Source of the DNA: Schmidtea polychroa | Taxonomy: Eukaryota | Length of the DNA: 64,000 nt | Direction: 5' to 3' | NCBI GenBank assembly: GCA_044892525.1 | Contig: CM097886.1 | Span: 2,790,001 to 2,854,000 of the forward strand | Shown: positions 34,501 through 39,859 of the stretch, one piece after another | Layout: each line of letters opens with the position of its first letter | Position numbering within the stretch: position 1 is the first letter of the stretch | The notes under the pieces: generated by a model | The model's input: only the letters and a program-made list of their open reading frames with translations | What the model was told of the DNA's origin: nothing | Databases searched by the model: none | Translations under genes and position numbers: made by a program

Positions 34501-35378
34501 CCACAGTTAAAACAGCCTCGCAATTGGCATACATTTTCGGTATGTCCACGCCGTCCGCAACGATTACAATTTGAATTTCTATAACAATCTCTGTCCCAGT
34601 GTCCTGGTTTACCGCATGTTCGGCACTGCTTGTTATCGTTCATATTTCGCCGATTATTGAAATTGTTCTCATTATTCGGGTTGTTACGATTACCATTATT
34701 CCCGTTTGATCGTCCTTGTGGTGGTTTGAAAATTTGGTGCGCTCCTGGTATAAATTGATTCATTTTCGGTTCTTGATTGTTGTTATCTCCGTTATCCGCT
34801 TTCGCTATTGCTGTCGCTATCCTTCCCTCCTCTTGCATAATATTCATTTGAGCTGGAAGGTGGAGCTCGCATCTTGTAGCCCAATCTATGGCTTCCTCTA
34901 ATGTTTTGCACATTTGACAACCTACTGAGGCTCTTACTTCTTCTCGGCGTAATCCCTCTATGAAATAACCAATCAGATTTTCTTCGGGTAATTTTCCATT
35001 CATTGCTTTCTTCGCTAATCTCCGCAATTCACTGGCATATAATGTTATCGATTCGTTTGCTCTTTGTTTCCTATTTGCTAGTTCGCCCAACGCCTGGTTG
35101 ATTGGCTTACTGGCTCCGAAGGTTTTCTTCAGGAATGTTTTAATATCTTCCCACTTTTCTAATTTCGTGTCTCTCTCTTTAGCTTCTAAATATACCTCTA
35201 ATGCACTATCGCACAAAAACAACGGCATCCTTTTACTAATTGCTTCGGGTGTCCATCCACACACAGTGATATAAACTTCAAAATTAGTTATGAACGTTGC
35301 TAGCTTGTTTGCATTTCCGTTGAACGGTTCTCCTCTGAACTTCTCTTTATACTCGTCGGTTTTTACGACATTCGTCAT
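21525..35378 (-). CDS. 4,617-aa single-ORF polyprotein: Gag-Ubl x3-Bcl2-like-Env-PR-RT-RH-IN-ANK-membrane module
   Basis: Uninterrupted ORF; domain motifs are itemised in the following features. Confidence 0.95.
   Translation of the reverse strand: [4617 protein letters not shown]
22995..24500 (-). other. Two ankyrin-repeat blocks (24020-24500, 22995-23475) fused downstream of integrase
   Basis: [48 protein letters not shown]. Confidence 0.85.
24800..25860 (-). other. Integrase (HHCC, DDE, GPY/F)
   Basis: HDGRLGGH...CLTC; [34 protein letters not shown]. Confidence 0.95.
26150..27420 (-). other. pol: Reverse transcriptase (YIDD 26930-26919) and RNase H
   Basis: [75 protein letters not shown]. 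Confidence 0.97.
27600..28200 (-). other. Aspartic protease (DTG at 28148) followed by a dUTPase-fold-like spacer
   Basis: [12 protein letters not shown]...IIGTDLM; spacer [15 protein letters not shown]...IPLNITNF. Confidence 0.85.
28791..30587 (-). other. env: Envelope glycoprotein, chuvirus (Jingchuvirales) G-like / class III fusogen-like, with internal signal peptide and TM anchor
   Basis: Signal [21 protein letters not shown] (30587-30528); YDC, [51 protein letters not shown]...LFPA motifs; furin-like REKR (29795-29784); TM [25 protein letters not shown] (28865-28791). Confidence 0.8.
30700..31170 (-). other. Bcl-2-like helical domain
   Basis: BH2-like [14 protein letters not shown] and a divergent BH1-position segment [16 protein letters not shown] at Bcl-2-like spacing; the NWGR motif is not conserved. 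Confidence 0.55.
31719..33386 (-). other. Three ubiquitin/SUMO-like modules (33168-33386, 32613-32861, 31719-31916)
   Basis: Each about 65-85 aa with a beta-grasp-like pattern, e.g. [30 protein letters not shown]...[10 protein letters not shown] and [29 protein letters not shown]. Recognised by eye only. Confidence 0.55.
34473..35378 (-). other. gag: Gag region: capsid-like domain plus three CCHC zinc knuckles (aa 252-302)
   Basis: [19 protein letters not shown]...W; [42 protein letters not shown]. Confidence 0.9.
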
Positions 35379-36632
35379 GATTGGTGTTCTAGGTTCGTCT
35401 GTTTCTTTTAAATTGTCTAACGATGTGACTAAACTTTGGGCTGATAATTCTTCGGTTGACGTTGCTAAACTATTAGTGATATCGGACAGACTTTCTCTAC
35501 TTCGAGATCGACTAGGGGTATATCCGAGATTTTCTTGGTCAAATATGGGTACTTGATTGGTTCTTCTGGATCCTTGTGATATTCCTCTTTGATGTTTAAT
35601 GGATCGTCCTCTTTTGAGTTGTTGTAATTCGTCTCCTGAAAATAATACGTCTCCTGGCTTACTTGAAGATCTAAGATTGGGTTTATCCGTGATTCCTTTC
35701 TTACGCTTCTTGGTAATTAGCGGCTATTGAATTGGTCGCGTTCGGTTCTGATTGTGTTTCTAATCCTTGGCAGATGGCTGCTAATACTTCTTCCGTTCGG
35801 GAGTCTTCCGGTTGCTGTGTCTCTCGGTGCGGGTTCTGAATGGATTTATCCTTGGTTGATTGTCGATTTCTTCGAATTCCTTTTGTGCAGGTTCTGGATT
35901 GTCTTGGTTGGCTGGATTGGCTTGATATCTAAAATGAAAAAATGATCTCGTGTTGCATTTGCTTACACGACTTCATCATTCTTTCTACAACGTTCAAAAA
36001 CAGACACCTTTTAGGTTTCTGTTTGTGCTTCCCCTATCTTTTGTGAAATCCTTTCTGCGGGTTATAATATCCCATCAGCCCGTATTTTCCGTCGATTTTA
36101 AATTATCTATATGGGGTAGTAACAATTATCTATAAAGTCGTAATAATTATCTATTCGTTATCAATTATAGTAAAAATAGGTCGTTGTCGGTCTCTGCTTA
36201 TTACCCCCCTTTCATTTTCCTAATCCTTTTGCGCTGTTGTCGCTATTTTACTTTTCATATTCACTATTATTACGCTCGGTTCTACTCTGGAACCAATAAA
36301 ATGCATTTTCCCGGTTTAACCAAAAAAAATATTCCGTAGAGTTTCTCTACTTCACTGGGATCCCTTTAATTAGTTAGTTACTTTCCTCTTTACTCATTAT
36401 CATCATTTCATCTACTCTTTATTTTCTATTATCTCTTTAATTCGTTTCCTTCTTCCCTTTCCTTTTTCATTATAATCTTATTTTCTTTTCCACGAGCTCG
36501 TTTATTTCCTCTCTAAACTCGAATTTTCAAAATTACATTCAATTTGTTCTAGCTAGCTTTAATATTCCATATCACTAGTAATTTAAATATTATCTCATTG
36601 TAGCTTAACTGCTATCTCTCGCTTTTCTAGGC

Positions 36633-37150
36633 CTTTACGACTGGCTGGCACTATTCAACAGCTCAATCTTCTTCCTTCTGATCGGTTGGACTATTCAACA
36701 ACTCAATCTTACGACTGGCTGGCACTATTCAACAGCTCAATCTTCCTCCTTCCTGATCGGTTGGACTTTTCACAACTCGACCTTACGACTGGCTGGCACT
36801 ATTCAACAGCTCAGTCTTCCTCCTTCCTGATCGGTTGGACTTTTCACAACTCGACCTTACGACTGGCTGGCACTATTCAACAGCTCAATCTTCCTCCTTC
36901 CTGATCGGTTGGACTTTTCACAACTCGACCTTACGACTGGCTGGCACTATTCAACAGCTCAATCTTCCTCCTTCCTGATCGGTTGGACTTTTCACAACTC
37001 GACCTTACGACTGGCTGGCACTATTCAACAGCTCAATCTTCCTCCTTCCTGATCGGTTGGACTTTTTCACAACTCGACCTTACGACTGGCTGGCACTATT
37101 CAACAGCTCAATCTTCCTCCTTGACCGGCTGGATTATTCGACAGCTCGGC
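36633..37150. repeat. Tandem array of a 74-bp unit (about 6.7 copies) in the element leader
   Basis: Unit starts at about 36634, 36707, 36781, 36855, 36929, 37003 and 37078. Confidence 0.93.
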
Positions 37151-37743
37151 TTTAATATTCCTCGCTCTGCATGCTTCTATTTCTCTTTTCTTCTTTTACT
37201 CTAGTTTACCATTTTCTCTATCTACTTTTAATTTGTCGACTTAATCTTTACCGCTTGGGAGTGTTTCCCCTTTCCCCCCTTGCTCAAAACGCACGACGAT
37301 CGCGATGATCCATTTCTACATTGGCATGGTGATCAGTCATGTCGCAAAAACTTCTCATCATATGCGATGGTACCCCGCCCTACGCTTCTTACTTGGGTTG
37401 ATCAGTTATCCCCTCCCAACGGGTTCTTGCAATAAGACGTACCGCCCGAAGGTGGCTCGGTTTGTACCCCTGCAGTCTATATTGGGACTAATTCCACGTT
37501 ATTCAACCCTCTCTTCATTTGATTCCAAAAAAAAAAAAAAAAAAAAAAAGGAATAAAACAAAATAAACACGCAAATGTTCATTCGTCATGCAAATTTTAT
37601 TAGTCCTAATCATCAAAACTTTTTAAAGACGAATTTATTTATCATAAACATAAAGATTGAATCATTAACAGTACGTGTTACTTCAACAATTTCATGCATT
37701 CTTGTTCAAACATCGTATACTTGCTGTTACATCGCCGGCCGTT

Positions 37744-38229
37744 TCATTCGCCATAATAGACCATATGGGTCTCTTTTATTTCATATTTGCACATCGTGCA
37801 TCTTTTTAGGTCTTTTACACACTCTTCACAGTGACTGAGGTGTCCACACGGCAAGAATAATACGCGAATAGGACGGAGTTTGCAGGCTATACAAGTTCGT
37901 AATTGGTTAACTTTTTCCTGTATTTTTTGTTCGATTGCATCTGGTATTGTATTTAGTGGGTCTTTTAGACGCTGATAATCTAGATTTAATGTTGGGTGGT
38001 TCAATCTCTCTTGATACCACTGATATACGGTTTCGGGGTTTATTTTTCCATCTGGGCGACTTAGGCCTGTGGCTAATATCATATGATTAGGTACGACTGG
38101 TGTTTGTCCGATTGCTTGCAGTAATATCGCGTTGATTTTTTCTCTTTTATGCGTCAGTGTTGTTAGGGAGTCGTTTTCTATATCGATAAACTTGAGCAGT
38201 TGTTGCATTTGGTTCGCGAATTCTGTCAT
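37744..38229 (-). CDS. 161-aa protein with C-terminal IAP/MDM2-type RING finger (no BIR seen)
   Basis: CIACKLRPIRVLFLPCGHLSHCEECVKDLKRCTMCKYEIKETHMVYY, near the C-terminus; acceptor ttttccaacag 2 nt before the ATG. Confidence 0.85.
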   Translation of the reverse strand: MTEFANQMQQLLKFIDIENDSLTTLTHKREKINAILLQAIGQTPVVPNHMILATGLSRPDGKINPETVYQWYQERLNHPTLNLDYQRLKDPLNTIPDAIEQKIQEKVNQLRTCIACKLRPIRVLFLPCGHLSHCEECVKDLKRCTMCKYEIKETHMVYYGE

Positions 38230-38546
38230 AGCTGTTGGAAAAGTAATGTTTTAATAATATGTAGTAAATTAATAGTTAATTCGTTAATTGGTTTCTTTAA
38301 CCATTGTTAATTATTTAATTTGACTACTTTATCTCCTTTATTTATATATATCCTTAATTTTTCTATTATCTACATTTTGATTTTCTCTACTTAGTTCCTA
38401 ATATAATTTAATAATCAATAGTCAATTTGCATTCGTCAAGCAATGGTCGGTTGAAAACAGAAAATCGATGTGATAAATCCCTTTAATTTTGTATGAAAAT
38501 CCCGGTGAATTTCGCATTCGTTAATAGAAATTTCGATCGACTGTAT

Positions 38547-38564
38547 ATCCCGGCTGAGCCCCCA
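38547..38564 (-). promoter_or_regulatory. Primer-binding site, tRNA-Pro-like
   Basis: Minus strand TGGGGGCTCAGCCGGGAT, 7 nt inside the 5' LTR; 16/18 identical to the classical MLV tRNA-Pro PBS TGGGGGCTCGTCCGGGAT. Confidence 0.85.
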
Positions 38565-39106
38565 AAAATCATGTTGGGGTTACACCTCGGCTGACCGCTC
38601 TACCATATTGACGGGTCTAAGGGTTGATTGTCCATCTCGAATAAAAGGTGCCACCGATTTGTCAACCTGGAGTGAAACCCCACATAATCTTTCTTCCAAC
38701 ATAGTGCCCGTGAATCACTTCACGTTGGTACTGCACTATGCAGGCGAGACACCAGCAAGCAGGTGAGCTTCTGCCTTGAAACTACTCCTTGCTGAGGCCT
38801 CGACTTCCCATTCACGACTGCCGATAGAAGGGCTTACGTCCATTTCCTTACACAACCACTTATCAGGATTCGCTGAATGCAAATTGGGAATTTCTCACTA
38901 GATCCTGCGGGTTCTCTACTCAACCCACTTAATTAAAGTCTAATTATTCATGAACGAAAACGTGTAAGACAACAAGATTTATTAATTTCAACGTTATGAC
39001 ACAAGGATTCAGCTGTACACTTTACTAATGTTTGTCGAAAGAAGAGAAAACATCATAATCAACATAGATCGGATCCTTGTTCTTCATCCTGACCGCCACT
39101 GGGGTT

Positions 39107-39859
39107 CTATTGTTTCTCCCATTCAGCGTCGGCGAATAATTCGTCGAGGTTAAAAAACTCGGAAGCGTTCTCTTCCCACGTTACGCCAGCGGCTGATACG
39201 ATTCGTGCTGAGGGTCCCGTTGTTAGGTCGATGGACACGTGAGAGTTACCACCGTTGGTTGAACCCTCTATTGATGGGATGGTTGGCTTTGTAGTGGCGC
39301 GTTCGCGCTGTCTCTTCTTGCGCTCTGCACGAGAGAGTTGTTTGCGCTTGGGTTTGCTTGAAGATGCCACTTGCAGAAGGGTGACAGGTACAGATGGACT
39401 AGCAGTGGGGGGCTTACTGGTACCCGTGACGACAACATCTGGTCGCTTGGGGGACAATTCGTTTTCGACGCAGTCTTGGCACGGTCTCTTGAACGGTGGA
39501 GATGGATTCGAGGAAAGGTTGTGATGGGGCGGAAAGATGTCATCGGCCTCTCGGATGGGAATCTGCACTATTTTTCGGGTTGTAGCCGCCTGCACGTAAA
39601 CCTTATGCAGTGCCTCGGATTGTTCTCTGATTAGACTTCTTTGGGCACGGCTCTCAGATATTAGCGCGTCCCGGCAATGCTCGCTACGATCGAGCTTCTT
39701 TTGGATCTCCTTCATCCGAGCGGGACTAAACCATGTCCCTTCCAGCTCGTCGATTTTTCGTTTATATCGACCGATCTGGGCTTGGAGATCTGTAATCACT
39801 GCATTTTTATCTGAGCAGGAGAAGCAGGGACGTAGAGCTGATTTGTTGTTTGATAACAT
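39107..39859 (-). CDS. LTR-encoded 250-aa protein (5' LTR copy, identical translation)
   Basis: Same as 12866-13618. Confidence 0.7.
   Translation of the reverse strand: MLSNNKSALRPCFSCSDKNAVITDLQAQIGRYKRKIDELEGTWFSPARMKEIQKKLDRSEHCRDALISESRAQRSLIREQSEALHKVYVQAATTRKIVQIPIREADDIFPPHHNLSSNPSPPFKRPCQDCVENELSPKRPDVVVTGTSKPPTASPSVPVTLLQVASSSKPKRKQLSRAERKKRQRERATTKPTIPSIEGSTNGGNSHVSIDLTTGPSARIVSAAGVTWEENASEFFNLDELFADAEWEKQ

Noticed and set aside
21583-35945. Dozens of plus-strand ORFs (60-150 aa, F/L/S/I-rich) opposite the polyprotein and accessory genes
   Set aside because: Expected antisense shadows of an A/G-rich coding strand; no recognisable motifs.
36633-37150. Repeat array as a CRISPR
   Set aside because: Units are contiguous and near-identical with no unique spacers, there are no cas genes, and the context is eukaryotic.
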